Shown: positions 40,868 through 54,322 of the stretch, piece by piece
How the letters are laid out: every line of letters starts with the position of its first letter
Position numbering within the stretch: position 1 is the first letter of the stretch
Source: Adineta vaga
Taxonomy: Eukaryota; Animalia; Rotifera
Assembly: GCA_021613535.1 (NCBI GenBank)
Contig: CP075493.1
Location: forward strand, 434,001-498,000
Reading direction: 5' to 3'
DNA: 64,000 bases
The notes under the pieces: generated by a model
Databases searched by the model: none
What the model was told of the DNA's origin: nothing
The model's input: the letters and a program-made list of their open reading frames with translations, nothing else
Made by a program: the position numbers and the translations under genes

Positions 40868-43800
40868 AGTTGAATATTGAGCTAGCAACAGTATATTATG
40901 TTGAAATAAATCACCGACGCCCGGTAATAACTTTAGACCGTATTGATACCTTTTTCTACGTTTGTGTTTGCGACAAAAAACCATAATTCAAAGGTACTTA
41001 TATGAAAAATAGAGTACTATGATTATTCAAGCATAAAACCTATTGATGCTATTATCCTTTTTACGTGGACACATAAGTGGGAATGATTGGGCTTTCTCAA
41101 AATATGGATATTATTTAGAGTAGGGTACAAGCTTACCAAATCTCCTGATTTGACCTGACTATAACTCGAAAAAAATGTAAAATTTTGATGAAATATTGTA
41201 AGATAAACAGTAAACAAAGACATTCATTTTGATAAATGAAATCGAACGAAAATAATATAATAGTAGAATTTTCGACCATTCAACAGTTATCAAATTGGTC
41301 GTTTTCAGTACTGTACCACATCCAATTGATGTTATAACAATTTTGATAGTACGATATACAATATAACAGATAGACGCACATATAAAACAGTTTAACTAGA
41401 GTTTTTTCACACAGACATTAGTTGATTACACCCTGATATTGTTGTTATTATTTCATGTGGTCGTGCTCGTGGTCAAGTGTAAGATTTATTAGTTTATTTT
41501 ATTTTACTCATGTTGATCTATCATCATGGATGTCATACTATTAAAACCAATCTAGAATCAATTACTGATGGTTATGTTTTAACATCAATTGGTTGTGGTA
41601 CAGTATTCAAAATGACCGATTTGCCTCTTGATTTGAGTTTTTATTAATTTAAAAGATGCGGTATCTTAAGCTAAGAATAATTAAGGATAAATGAACAGAT
41701 TTTTCATTGTTTAATGAATTTCATAACCAATAGGGAAATCCATTGTCTTTCGTTCTTTTTCTAAAAATATACTGTTTCCTCATTTAAAGATATATTTGGT
41801 CAAGATTTATAGTCAACCGTTTGTCACGGTCTCAACGATGGTGTTGGCAGATAAAAGATTTCTAGGTAATATCAATCGTCGATGATCACGAATATCTTGT
41901 TAAAATAGCGACATTCACTGTTGGCCATTATCATTGCCAATTTTTGTATACCCGACGTTTAGTTTTTAACACTGGAATACAGAATTTAAATTTTCAGTCA
42001 ACCATTTTTAGTCCTTCTGCGTTAACAGTAACTGTCGCTTATAGATCGGCACGATATAGTCATTGGAGTTACTATAGTTTTTTTAGTTACGGGCAATCAT
42101 TCGTTGCGCTTTTCGTGGTGATCACGTTTAAAAGCGCATCCTCTCTTAAAAAAAAGAAGTTTCGACAAAAGTATCGATTTTGAGATTTATACATAGTCAG
42201 ATAGCTAATAACTTGTACTTTCGAATGTGCTATAATTTAGTGGCTTTTCGATGATTTTCTCGGATTTTACAATGGTTTTTCTGAAGATCCTTGCATCACA
42301 TTTTGTTTTCGAAAATTAATAAATATTTGAACAAAACAATTTAGATTGTTTCCTCGTATATAAAGTTGCTAGTTCAATTCGTCTCATTATTGGGACCCGC
42401 AGAAAATACATGTCTTTCGAGGTCGAGAGTTAAGTGAGCAGAAACGACGACCGTTACTTGTTTATTTACGGCGACGGGTGCGTAACCAATCGTATTCCAT
42501 ATCTTTCTGAAGAGAGCACTAATCGTATATACAGAGGCCTAAGTTAGATGTTAGAGCAGGGAGAGGGGTGCAAGCGTAGTTTTTTTGATTTTTGATGACT
42601 GAAAAACGAAATTTTCGACAGCATGGGGAGCACAACCCTTTTTGTTTCTTATTAATTTTTGGAAGCAGGAGGAGTAGTCACGTCCTACTTCCATCCTATT
42701 TACGCCACTGCGTATATAATGGCTCTGTCTTCTTTACCGTGTTCTCGCTTATCTTGTCGAAGAGATAGGTCAGTTGATTTGGAAATAAAGTAGAAGTGGG
42801 AAGAGCGGAAAGTAATATACCGTCTCATTGTGACTGTGATCATTCTGGAGGTCTCTATTCAAAAGTTATCTATGGAATAAATATTATGGAATTACCATTT
42901 ACTTTAGCTTTAATTTTAACTATCGAAACCTTCTTCATCACTACTTCGATATGTGAAGCAGGAACCTTTTCAAATCTGTTGTACAAGATAACGCTCCAGT
43001 TATATACAATGCAAGTCATTAAATGACTGTTGATGCTTGAAAGCAAATTTCCTGATTATTCTGCTCATTTACAAAAAGATTTATTCTGAGAAACTCCTGA
43101 TCCAGAAAATTTTGACTTGGCCACCGTAGCAAACAAGTGACATTCTAGTGGATTGGAACGTGTTTAATATATGGAGTATTGAAAAAGAATCATAAATTCA
43201 AACTAATCTGTGTATCGTCATTAGTAGTGATCGCAGTAATTGCGGAATTTAAGAGTGTCTATATAGTTCATCATTAACTGTAAAGCCAAATTTATAATGA
43301 ATAATAACTGATTACAAGTGTACAGTTTTTATAATGGATTTACAGGGTCGCATTTTATGGCGGATGATAAAAAAAAGTAAAAATGTCATAGTGATAAACT
43401 AGTAATCTAACCCGCTGATGTTTTCTTATAAAGAATATGTGTAAATGAGCAAAGATATTCTGAATTCTTTTATCATGTTTATCAGCATATATCAGGTAAG
43501 ATATTTTACAGAGAAGAAAACAATCTGTAACGGTTACTTGCCACTATACTTTACGTGTATGACCCGTTCTCCAGACAGTAACGTTGCCCTTGTATTATTC
43601 TCCTATGTCTGACCACTTCTATATAAGTGTGTCCAATAGAGAAAAAGACATAAATACGAGTGTGCAGATGACAGAAGGTGCCATTAGGCTGATAACCATA
43701 TGAACTTACTCTGGCAATTCGTCGCACTATCTTTGGTCTTACCTATTTTATTTCTGAGTAAATAGAAAAGCTCTTTTTTTTAATATGCGATGTCCATTAG

Positions 43801-44327
43801 TCAAATATATACTGTTTCTTCCTTTTTCACTGACGTCAGTGGTTTATGAGACATACTTTCGCTGGCCTTGTATCTGCTACTGTGTAGCACTTTTTCTGGT
43901 CTAACCTATCTCAGTTTCCTAAAAAACTCTTTCAAAATCCTCCAAGCGTATTGTTTTCTTTATGAAAATTCCTATCAAACAGGCATCACGTGACAAAATA
44001 GAAGTTTGTGGAGGATTAGATTTAAGCCCTAAAAATATTTTTTTGACAAACTGAAAAAACAAACTTTATAGAGATGTATTTTTTCATACAATTAATATGT
44101 TCATAAAAATAGAATGGAAGACTCTGATTGGATTCTATCAGTTGGCTTTTGAAATTTATGGAATATAACCATTACATAGGAATGAAATGCTTGTTATGGT
44201 CTTTTCCAGATTTCTTCCGTTTCGGACAATTTTCTTTGGATAATAAACTGGTTTCGAGATGTTATTTAAAAACATAATATTCTCTGAAATTCATTTAGAA
44301 GACTTTAACAACTGTCTTTCTTATAAC

Positions 44328-44952
44328 GAAGGTGTTTGTATTAAACGCTGAAGACACTAGATATTTTTACATAAAAACAAAGCTTTCACCACCAAACTAA
44401 CACGAATAAAATATAACCGGCTGTTCGTCAGACTTTACGTAATTATGGCCATTGTACTAGATTTTAGACCTTTGGCAAGTTTTGATCTGAAATTTTGTAA
44501 ATGGATACATCTTATGGTCATCAAAATATTCCAAAACTTCTAGCCAAAAGGAATCTTTTTTCATGAAGTATGGAACCACTGGAAAATGATCATGCGTGAC
44601 AAAAGAAGATCGGAAAATCAAGTTTCGTTAACTTTGGATATCTCAAGTAGAGTCCGACGGAGCCACTCCGATCCCCATTTTATCTCCGTAAGAAAAGATT
44701 CTTTTTGGCTAGGACTTTTGGAATATTTTGATGACCATAATATGTATCTATGGGCAAACTTTCAGGTCAAAGCGTCACAGTCTGATTTTTTCATATATAG
44801 GTTGCCAAAGGTTTAAAATCTAGTACAATGGCCATAATTATGTAAAGACTGACCAATGGCCGATCATATTTTATCCGTATTAGTTTGGTGATGAAAGCTT
44901 TCTTTTGATGAAAAAATTTCTAGTGTTTTCAGCTTACAATACAAATACCTCC
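44328..44952. mobile_element. Imperfect foldback element
   Basis: ggtgtttgtattaaacgctgaagacactag...ggccattgtactagatttta mirrors taaaatctagtacaatggcc...ctagtgttttcagcttacaatacaaatacc. Confidence 0.7.
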
Positions 44953-46119
44953 ATTGTTAGTGAACCTTCTGTGAGCTCGATAAGTCTGCTATATTTATGT
45001 TGGCATTATGTGCAACAGCGGCTATTGAAAGTATTCTTTTTCTATATGATGTTAATACGATGTTACACCTTAACTCAAAGAATAAAAGTTGGTTTTCCAC
45101 TACCTAATTTTGTAAACTCGTTTTAATCAAGACTGAATGAAATTTCTCGCGAAATGTGACAAAAGTTTTGTGACATCTCTTGTACAGATATGACTAAATG
45201 ATAGACCTATCCATCTTGAAACCTATCTTACAAGTATTTCAAAACCAAATAAATATATGGTGGTAATATTCTTCACCGTATTTCACAGTTCTTTTTAAAT
45301 CCGAATGAGCCCTTTAAGGATACACGTAGAACTGGGAAACTACAAAGTGGTCTTGGTCCTGGTGCCGGCAATTTTATTATTAGTATCAAGTATTATACTT
45401 GACGTTTTCTTGTCTATTACTCTTTAAATTGAGAAATGATGACTCAACTGTTTCAGTTTCATTTGTGGAAACAACGTATAAATTTGGTTCGCATTCAAAG
45501 AATTGAAAATTTTCATCAACTTTATAGATTATCAAGCAGGTGAAGAAAAAACACATTATTTGGGTAGCATAATAATTCTACCATTCTTTTTGTTCCTGGC
45601 TCCATAGATGACGGATAGATATGGGCCACCGTTTGTTTCATTAGATGTACATTACTTGTGTTTGCTTTCCTATTTTTTGGAATAATACTTCAGCATTTTT
45701 TATTTTCATGTCAGAGAAAGCGTTAATTCTCAAAGGATGTTGAAAAAGAAGATGAAAGATTTACTTTGTTCAGAAATAAATGTCTTCAAATTATTTCTAA
45801 AAGAGTAGATCTATAGTTGCTGCGTTTCAAAGACAAGATCCAGTACGTGAATCGTTACAGAACTACTGTTCAACTTTTGTGGAGACCGGGACCAGAACGA
45901 GACCAGAACCAACTGTAAACGTTTGGCTGAGATGAGGACTACGATCGAAAAAAAAGTGATTTTACAGTTCCCTAATGAGAACACTGGTTTTATAAAGTTA
46001 GCTCAGTAGTACTGCTTCTAACCTGCTCGATAAAGGAAACAAATACAATCTGACATTCACTACACTTGCATAAGATTCTCTTCGAAGACACTTTATTAAC
46101 AGAATGACATACCCTCATT

Positions 46120-46497
46120 AAGGGTTTATGACACTCAGATCAGTTTATGAATATGAACCAGCTTTTGATAAATCTTGTTTTCGTTTAAAACTGTGCAAGG
46201 ATTTGTGTCCCGTTGCAAATTGATATACTTCTGTGCAAATTTCTTCGTTCACAAACTCTTTTTCCATAAATAAACGAGATCAGTTCTTAAATAGAAGGTT
46301 TACTATAAGGTATAATAAACACCTAAATAATGGTTGATCTCGTTTATTTATGGAAAAAGAGTTTGTGAACGAAGAAATTTGCACAGAAGTATATCAGTTT
46401 GCAACGGGACACAAATCCTTGCACAGTTTTAAACGAAAACAAAATTTATCAAAAGCTGGATCATATTCATGAACTGATCTGAGTGTCATAAAGCCTT
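46120..46497. mobile_element. Palindromic MITE (~165 bp arms)
   Basis: tttatgacactcagatcag...taaacgagatca mirrors tgatctcgttta...ctgatctgagtgtcataaa. Confidence 0.8.
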
Positions 46498-46717
46498 ATT
46501 AAGGATCTATCATTCATCGCTTATTTTTCAACGTAGAGAGACATCTCCATCTTGCTTCCAGACTCCATCAGTTGAATGATAGATCACGACTGTTCGGCAT
46601 TGATATCTGTTGGAAATCGTCATTTGACCGATTGAAAATGTTACTTCAAATTGATATCAGTTCTCGAAAGTATGATTAATACCAGAAAACCTGTTCTAAT
46701 TTGTGAATGATAGGACT

Positions 46718-46842
46718 TAGAGCTGAACAAAGGATAGGACGTGCGACTCGTTCTACTGTTCTATCCTGTTCGCTCCACAGGACGAGTGGGTCGGAGTAGT
46801 AGGCATAACAGGATGAAAAAGTTTGTCCTTTGTTCACCTCTA
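46718..46842. mobile_element. Tiny hAT-like MITE
   Basis: tagagctgaacaaagga ... tcctttgttcacctcta; flanks ataggact / ctaggaat (6/8 match). Confidence 0.55.
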
Positions 46843-47322
46843 CTAGGAATAGTTTTCAGAAAACCAGATTGTATCGAAAAAATCATATATTGTTCTCTCA
46901 ACTAGTATAATCCATCATATGATGAGAGATGAAAGAGGAGGCAAGGTCCGTGATTCGCAAATAGATTATACAGACGAAGTAGAGTGACGAATAGGCGTTC
47001 AAGATGTAGTGACACTATCGATTGTCTATGTGATAGAAAAATCATAAGAATCGTATAAGTATTAAAATAATTTGATAACCAAAATATTTTTGCTAATGTC
47101 GAAAAAACTGAATAAATGTAATGCCTGAAATATTCATTCATTTGAAATGAACAGTACTTTGTTTTGAAAGTAAACATACGAAGTTCCAACATTATGTGCA
47201 ATACCAGTAGACATATATCTCATTCTTTAACGCACTATTATACTCAAACATTTTATTTTTTCTTAAATTTGATTAAGTACAATGGGCAACTTAATCTTAC
47301 ACAATAGTTGACATATTAAGAA

Positions 47323-48579
47323 CTAATATTTAGAGAGCAACATATTGTTAGGCCAAGTTCGAGGGCCATATGGAGCCTTTTCTAGCCATTCGGAGGCTAT
47401 TTTATCCGTAGGTGCTCTTGCTGCAGCTTCCACCTGTTTAGTTATCATTTCATTCTTTGGTTTCAAATGTGACAAAGCTTCACCTGCAGCATATCGATTA
47501 AACATGGCAGCAGCTCGTCTAACTTCAACGAATGTATCAATGGCATGACGAGCTGCTTCACGGTTCTTTTGAGAATAGAAGAGTGCAGTGTTGACAGCTA
47601 TAGCAGCCGACTCAGCATCAGCTACACCAGAATTAAGGCCACGAGCACCAAAGGGTGCAAATAAATGAGCTGCTTCACCAATTAGAAGAACACGTCGGGT
47701 CGTTTTGTGAGCAAAATCATCTGCTACAAGTTGTAAGAACTGGTAAGTTGATACCCATGTGATGTGATTAGCATATGCGGGAGGCACGACACGGCTGAGC
47801 CATTCCTTCACCCCTGTCTTGCTGCTTAATTCGACTGGGTTGTCAGTATTCTTACACTGGAGATCAATTCGCCAACCTCCTCGAAATGGAACCAGCAATA
47901 CATTACGTCCGTCTACTGCTGGATGGGCATAGTGGAAAATACGTTCACGTGGAAGTATTGGTATGCTATCCTTTTGTTGTTCGATGTCAGCGACATCGAC
48001 TACAATAAACCATCCGTCATCCCGACTACCTTCCATTTTTACGCCGATTTGTTTTCGAACAATAGAGTGAGCCCCATCAGCTCCTATGACATACTGTGCT
48101 GCCCAAATTGCTTCACTGTTGGCTACCTTTACTTTGACTAAACCAGTTTCATCTTCTTCACATGATTTTATGTCGATTACTGTTTGATCAAAAACAAGTT
48201 CAATATTGTTAGCAAGTGCACGTGCAAAAAGCATCCGTTCAATTTCAGTTTGAGGTAAACAAGTAAAGTGTGGTTTGACATCAGATGTAGTAGGTGTATA
48301 AGTCTTTGAGTACACTTCTTTTCCACCATAGAATGTACGTTGAGTTTGCCAGTAGATACCATGTTTTGAAATTTCGCTCCCTATGCCATTACAGACACGG
48401 TCCAGTATATCCAATGTCGTATTATGAAGAAATATGGCACGACTCCCTTGTCGAGGCCTATCAGCTGCCGATGATTCAAGTATTGTCACTTGACGACCAA
48501 GTGAGCGTAGAGTAAGAGCGGCAGCAAGACCAGTTGGACCAGCACCAACGACGATTACTTCTCGAGTATATGTAACCAT
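47323..48579 (-). CDS. FAD-dependent aromatic monooxygenase (class A; MhpA / 3-(3-hydroxyphenyl)propionate hydroxylase-like), intronless
   Basis: 418-aa ORF; VVGAGPTGL (Rossmann), VIGADGAHSIVR (DG motif), LIGEAAHLFAPFGARGLNSGVADA (GD motif, here GE). Confidence 0.93.
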   Translation of the reverse strand: MVTYTREVIVVGAGPTGLAAALTLRSLGRQVTILESSAADRPRQGSRAIFLHNTTLDILDRVCNGIGSEISKHGIYWQTQRTFYGGKEVYSKTYTPTTSDVKPHFTCLPQTEIERMLFARALANNIELVFDQTVIDIKSCEEDETGLVKVKVANSEAIWAAQYVIGADGAHSIVRKQIGVKMEGSRDDGWFIVVDVADIEQQKDSIPILPRERIFHYAHPAVDGRNVLLVPFRGGWRIDLQCKNTDNPVELSSKTGVKEWLSRVVPPAYANHITWVSTYQFLQLVADDFAHKTTRRVLLIGEAAHLFAPFGARGLNSGVADAESAAIAVNTALFYSQKNREAARHAIDTFVEVRRAAAMFNRYAAGEALSHLKPKNEMITKQVEAAARAPTDKIASEWLEKAPYGPRTWPNNMLLSKY

Positions 48580-48976
48580 TGTACAACGTGAGCCTATTCA
48601 AGCTAGAAATGAATAGAAAAAGTATAAAGCTAATTCAATAACTCTGCCTTATTGTCGTCAACAACAATAATTACTTTTTACTGTTGCGCAATTCTTGGTT
48701 TTTGATATACTCTAAAAAAATCGATGTTCTGCTGAACTTCAGAGGTTACGATGCTTTGTACAGAATGAGTTTTAGTTCAAGGAGACGAATACAGTTTGAT
48801 TGTCACTGCCCAGGATTTTTCTGGATTCTGTAAGCTACACAAGGTCTAGTGTTTCATCAACACAACTGTCTGTAACTTTCGTGAATTTTTTACCAAATGG
48901 TTAGCATTTTTGTAAGCTCTCTTTAGTGTGTTGGCGTTTGTGATGAATCACTTAGCATCAAACTTGAGATTAAATT

Positions 48977-49051
48977 GGTCTTTCTAGTTTAACTGGCTTA
49001 GGACATCTGTTCGAATAACAGACGGTGCGGATTCGAGCCCCACGTAGGTCA
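48977..49051 (+). pseudogene. tRNA-like sequence (tRNA pseudogene or SINE head)
   Basis: A-box-like TAGTTTAACTGG, perfect 5-bp stem TCTGT/ACAGA with a 7-nt loop, TTCGAGCCC T-loop, followed by a run of 7 T; acceptor and T stems pair poorly. Confidence 0.6.
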
Positions 49052-49607
49052 TCTTTTTTTCTATTCCTCTTTCTTTGATTCTCCTTCGCTAATATTCCTT
49101 TCGTTGCTTTAATATAGAAGATAACACAGCGTTGATATCTTTTATACCAAATCTTCGATAGGTTTGTAATTCATCCTAAGGTTCTATATATTTTCTATCA
49201 AATGCTTGACAGTTTTGCAATTTATTTAGAGGTTCGGAATCTTTCCTGTCGAACATTTTGATAACTTGATAATTGCGTCCCGTGGTTCGTGTAAGCGAGA
49301 AATAGGGTGAGCGAAAGTGCGGAGGTGTATCTGTATAAAGAAGGAACTTATATTTTCATCCACACCTTTACTGCTACGTTTTGTCTAACTTACGATAAAC
49401 TGTTCACTGGGGTTTTATTACTGTATCTTTGTCATAATATAAATATAAAGATTATCCATCCTTCGATGCGCATGACGAAACATCACTCTATTCATAAAAA
49501 GAATGAATGATCCGCATGTTGCTTATATTCTAACTTTTTCCTTATCGACTATTAGTGCAATTCAATATCTGTAGACATTCGATAATTACTACTTATAAAA
49601 GAAAAAC

Positions 49608-52600
49608 ATGACAACAGATTTTACAGAGATACCAGTCATCGATTTTGGTCATTTTTCAAATGGTACCAATGAAGAAAAACTTAAAGTCGCCAAAGAAATC
49701 GGAGAAGCCTGCCGTAACGTTGGTTTTTTTTATTTGAAAAACCATGATGTACCACAACAACTAACGAAAGATGCGTTTGCACAAGCAAAGCGATATTTTG
49801 CACTTCCACTTGATGTTAAAATGAAACATGCTATGGGACCTCCGCCCGATGGTGAATCGCGTGGCTTTTCACCATTTTTAACGGAGAAATTTGCAGCCAA
49901 AGGTGACTATAAAGAAACGTTTCATTTTGCGTTAGAATTGAGCAAGGATGATCCGGATGTTAAAAAGGGAGCCGTTCTTTATGGTCCAAACCAGTGGCCG
50001 GATTTACCAGGTAAGTACATGTAAGGTTGTCAAGTAAGAGATAAAAAAATTTAACTTTGTAGGATTTCGTGAAGTCATTTACGATGGTTACTATCTCGCT
50101 GTGAAAGAATTGGCTAATAAACTCTGTCGAGCATTTGCTTTGGCGCTGAATTTACCTGAAGATTACTTCGTATCATTGACAGATAAACCTATGGCTAACA
50201 TGTCTGTGATGTGGTATCCACCTCAATCACGAGATGAACCAATTGATCCACATCTTTTAGGCGAGTACCTTTTCCCATTTATTATCCTGTTTCAGACATA
50301 AGATACACTCACTGAAAAGAAATTTACTTAATATCGGACACTTTTTAATGCAACAGCCAGTGAAAAACCTAGAATGGTTCTTTTGAATATACCCGAACGA
50401 AGAAAGGAAAAATCTCAAATTATTACCAGTTTTCGTGAACTGGTTTTTATGTCATATTTCATACAGTGATACAAACTAATTACTTAGACTCCGTCAAGAT
50501 AGAAAACTGCGCTAGCACATCATATATGAAATACTTACTTTTATACGAAAGTTCAAATTTCTGTTATTATATACATATCTCAGCGGTACTTGTTCACCTA
50601 TATGTCGAGAAATCCAGTAGATATCAGATATTTGCTTTTACATATGTATGCTAAATCCTAATAGTCAATGAATGGACCAAGTATGTTCATCCACCTATCT
50701 CGGTAAACATAAAAGAAAGTATTGTAGATGATTTTCATACTTCTAATAATGTTTGAGATTCAGTTGACGTTTTCCCCAAAACGCCTTCTTATAGCTAAAG
50801 TGATGAACGCTGACTTATTGAAAAGAAATGAAAGCAGTGCAGATTTTATTTGAATTTGGATTTACGTCTCGAGGAGTCCGTACTATTTTTTTTATGCATT
50901 TTTTTAACAAAATTAGCATTAATAAGAATAATTCCATGTTAACTTAGTAAATCAGAGTGAAAAAGTTAACCGGTTTAGTTTTCACAAAATAATGTGTGGT
51001 TACATACTAAAAAGTGTTTGGAAAAACCAGAAGCGATCCATCAATGTAGTAGTGGATGATTAAATAACAAAATCTGTGATATAAACCATTTTTTGACGAA
51101 CACCATACAAACATGTTTGAAAAATCACTGAAAGAGATCTGAATCAAAATAGTCGAGTTGTCGATAATGGAAATATACTGAATTACGACTTACTGGTCGG
51201 TTTATGTCTAAACTACATTTTCATCCTAGATAAAGAAGGTTAAAATAGTAATTTCTGTCATCTGTGATCTTTCTTTTGCGCATTCGGTTAAGTTTTAGTA
51301 GGAAAAGGACATTTCGCACGGCTTGTTCATCACGATCTCCTGACCTGTAAAAACGGACCGGATGTTAATAATGACAAAAGTTAAAAATATACAGGATGTT
51401 CGTAGCGAAAGTTGTACAAAAGATTGTAAAGAACAGCGCTACTTTTTACTTCAAAAGATCTGAGATTTGACTAAAGCTCAGAATCAAAATAACCGACACA
51501 TCGTAATGAAAAAAGATAGGGTATTGGTAAGTGTGTTCATATTTACTCCTTTTGGGACATGTCAAATGCTTCACAATATAGCTTTTATTTCAAGATAATT
51601 ATAATAAACACGGACACCCGATCTGTTTCGTTCCGATCTCCTGACATAACGTCACACATACTAATGAACATCCAGTCCGATTTCTCTGCTTTTTCTCAGT
51701 TACGATCTTCTGGACAAAGTCCATTACGCACTTCCAGTAAACTTTTTAGGAGTAAAAAATCATTTTCGAATACCCGATCACATGTACGGCAGTTCGGGAC
51801 ACTTACGAGGGAACATATCCAACTGTCGGACGCCGTTCGACCTCATATTCTGGTAATGAGTAGGATTCAGTGAGACTAAGAAAACTCTAGAAGAGTTCGG
51901 GCCCATGGCCTATTGATCAAGCGTTATGACCATTCTATTGAATTTCCAACCTATCTGTAGATATGCATCGGAAAATCAAGTTACGGTATTTTGGTCTAAA
52001 ATGCTGCTCAATAATAAGTCTAATAGCCATTAGAATATCCTGAAAGTTTTAGTGAAAACGAATGTTCCTTTCTGGAGATATTGGATTTTCAAAATCTGGT
52101 CAGTTAACACAGACGTACCACAAAAAACGAGTTCACTTGAATACTTCATATCTCAACAAAAGGAACATTCGTTTTAGCTAAAACTTTCAGGATATTCTAA
52201 TGGCTATTAGACCTATCATTGAATAGTATTTCAGACCCAAATTCCGCAACTTGATTTTCCGATGAATATCTACAGATAGGTTGGAAATTCAATGGAATGA
52301 TCATAACGCTTGATCAGTAGGCCATGGGCCCGAACTCTTCTAGAGTTTTCTTAGTCTCACTGAATCATACTCATTACCAGAATATGAGGTCGAACGGCGT
52401 CCGACAGTTGGATATGTTCCCTCGTTAGTGCGAAATGTCTCTCTCCATTTCAGTAAAGCATCATTTTTGTTGCTCAAATATTTAGCTAGTAAGGCACATC
52501 GTTTAGATTCGCTCATTCTTTTCCAAAAAGAATTCTAAGCGTCAAGGATATTTAGATACTTCGAACAAAACGAAATCCGACGTAAACCTCGATAGATCTT

Positions 52601-54322
52601 CTGCTCAAAGCAGTAATACTACAGGCGGCTCCAGTAGTTTTATTTTAAAACTCTCAATGTAGATCAATTTTTTACACATAATATAAAGGTTCATTAAAGT
52701 GGAGGAAAATTAGTGTGCAAATGCTGCTTGCAAAATATTTTCTCATTGTTTTAGCAAACTGAATTAGAAATAATAGTAGACACAAGTTATTTTGGACAGT
52801 ACTGATACGAACAGAAGATTTGTTGAAAACTTTCTTAATTTCGGCAAACCTTCTTAATCACTGCGAAGTCTTTATTCGCCTTTTTGCCCATAGCGAATCG
52901 AAATAACTTTTAAAGCATCGAGATCTTACCATAATTTTGTCTGAATCAGAAGTTTTTTGAAGCTCTCTGCACCTAAATCATTCAGGTAAAAGTAACTAAT
53001 CTCTTTAACTCCTTTCGATTTAGTTCGTTCAAAACAATAGGTAGAAGAAATATTACCAAATTTTTTGCAAACAAACAGACTCAACTTACGGTGGCGGAAA
53101 ATATTGTGTAGAATCGATGAAAAATGAGAAAAGAGTCATGTGAAGAGACATAGTTTGATCTTATAATATGTTTTTCGATAAAATGAGTATCAAAGAGTGC
53201 TGGGACATTAAGTCTCAAAATTGCAAATGAACAATGATAGAAATAAAGTTAATTTGGCACTATCACAGTAGATTGGTCATAGTTAAGTGACATGCCAAAC
53301 GATCGTCAACAGGTTAGAATTTCAATTGACGGTTTATTCAGTAATGTTTAAGACAAAGTCTGAAAGTCAGTGACTGAAATAGAAATAGATCTCTAATAGT
53401 GACAACACTTTACCAAGCAACGTATATGTTATGGAGTTCACAGCAGATCCTATCGATTTTTTTACGGTTGCCTTGTAATTCTCTTATCAATCCAAATAAG
53501 TATGTTAAATTATTCGAGATCCCAACGCACAAATAATCTTTTTATAACATAGAATATTTTGTCAATCGTTGTATACTTCATCAATACTCGTTAACATCTA
53601 ATTCTGTCCTGATAACTAACACTTATAACGAGATAAAAAAAGTACATTGTGCACAGTATGTGGGTGTATACACTTTTATTAGTGAAGTTTTAACTTAGTT
53701 TAGATATTAGTCCATGACATATCTCAGTGATATTATCGCTGGGATCTACCGATCCACCTATCCAGACAAATAGATAGATAAACCCCATTGGTAATATCAC
53801 TGGAATCTGTCATGTACTGGAACCACGTAATAACGAAACTGAAATAGCATTCGTTCAGTTGACATTTTTCATCATTTCTCTATATCGCTTCTATTTTTCG
53901 TGAACACAGGATGTGGTGCACACACAGACTATGGCGGTTTCACACTTCTGCAGCAAACAGAAAATATAACAGCATTGCAAGTAAAGAATATTGAAGGAAA
54001 ATGGATTGACGCAAAACCGATCGAAGGAGCGTTCGTTGTGAACATTGCTGATACAATGCAGCGATGGACAAACGATCAATTCGTTTCTACAATTCATCGT
54101 GTTATAAATTTAGGTCACAATGAGCGATATTCTATTGGTTTGTTTTTTGGACCAAATTATTTTACAAACATTGATTGTTTGCCAACGTGCTTTGACAACG
54201 TAAAAAATCCGAAAAAATACAAACCAATTTTGGCGGGTGATTTTATCATGAGCCGCATCGTTGATGGTCATACACCTAAATTTGACGAGTTCGACCTGGA
54301 AAACGTACCAGCCGAACAGTAA
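49608..54322 (+). CDS. 2-oxoglutarate/Fe(II) dioxygenase, IPNS/DIOX_N family, 3 exons, about 337 aa
   Basis: Exons 49608-50010, 50063-50260 and 53910-54322. IPVIDF, ACRNVGFFYLKNH, GPNQWP, WYPP, GAHTDYG (HxD), STIHRV (H) and RYS (2OG-binding RxS) are all intact. Confidence 0.92.
51806..52424. mobile_element. Foldback MITE (CGAGGG family, TTA duplication) in intron 2 of the dioxygenase
   Basis: tta|cgagggaacatatccaactgtcgg ... ccgacagttggatatgttccctcg|tta. Confidence 0.9.
53709..53820. repeat. Small hairpin MITE just upstream of the exon 3 acceptor
   Basis: agtccatgacatatctcagtgatatta mirrors taatatcactggaatctgtcatgtact. Confidence 0.5.

Noticed and set aside
40868-40984. 39-aa N-terminal extension of the lyase in the ORF track
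   Set aside because: No resemblance to the family; the ATG at 40867 gives a length closer to cyanobacterial PAL. Not fully excluded.
32989-54322. Bacterial contaminant or operon interpretation
   Set aside because: Spliceosomal introns and eukaryotic transposons interrupt these genes, and the intergenic distances are large.
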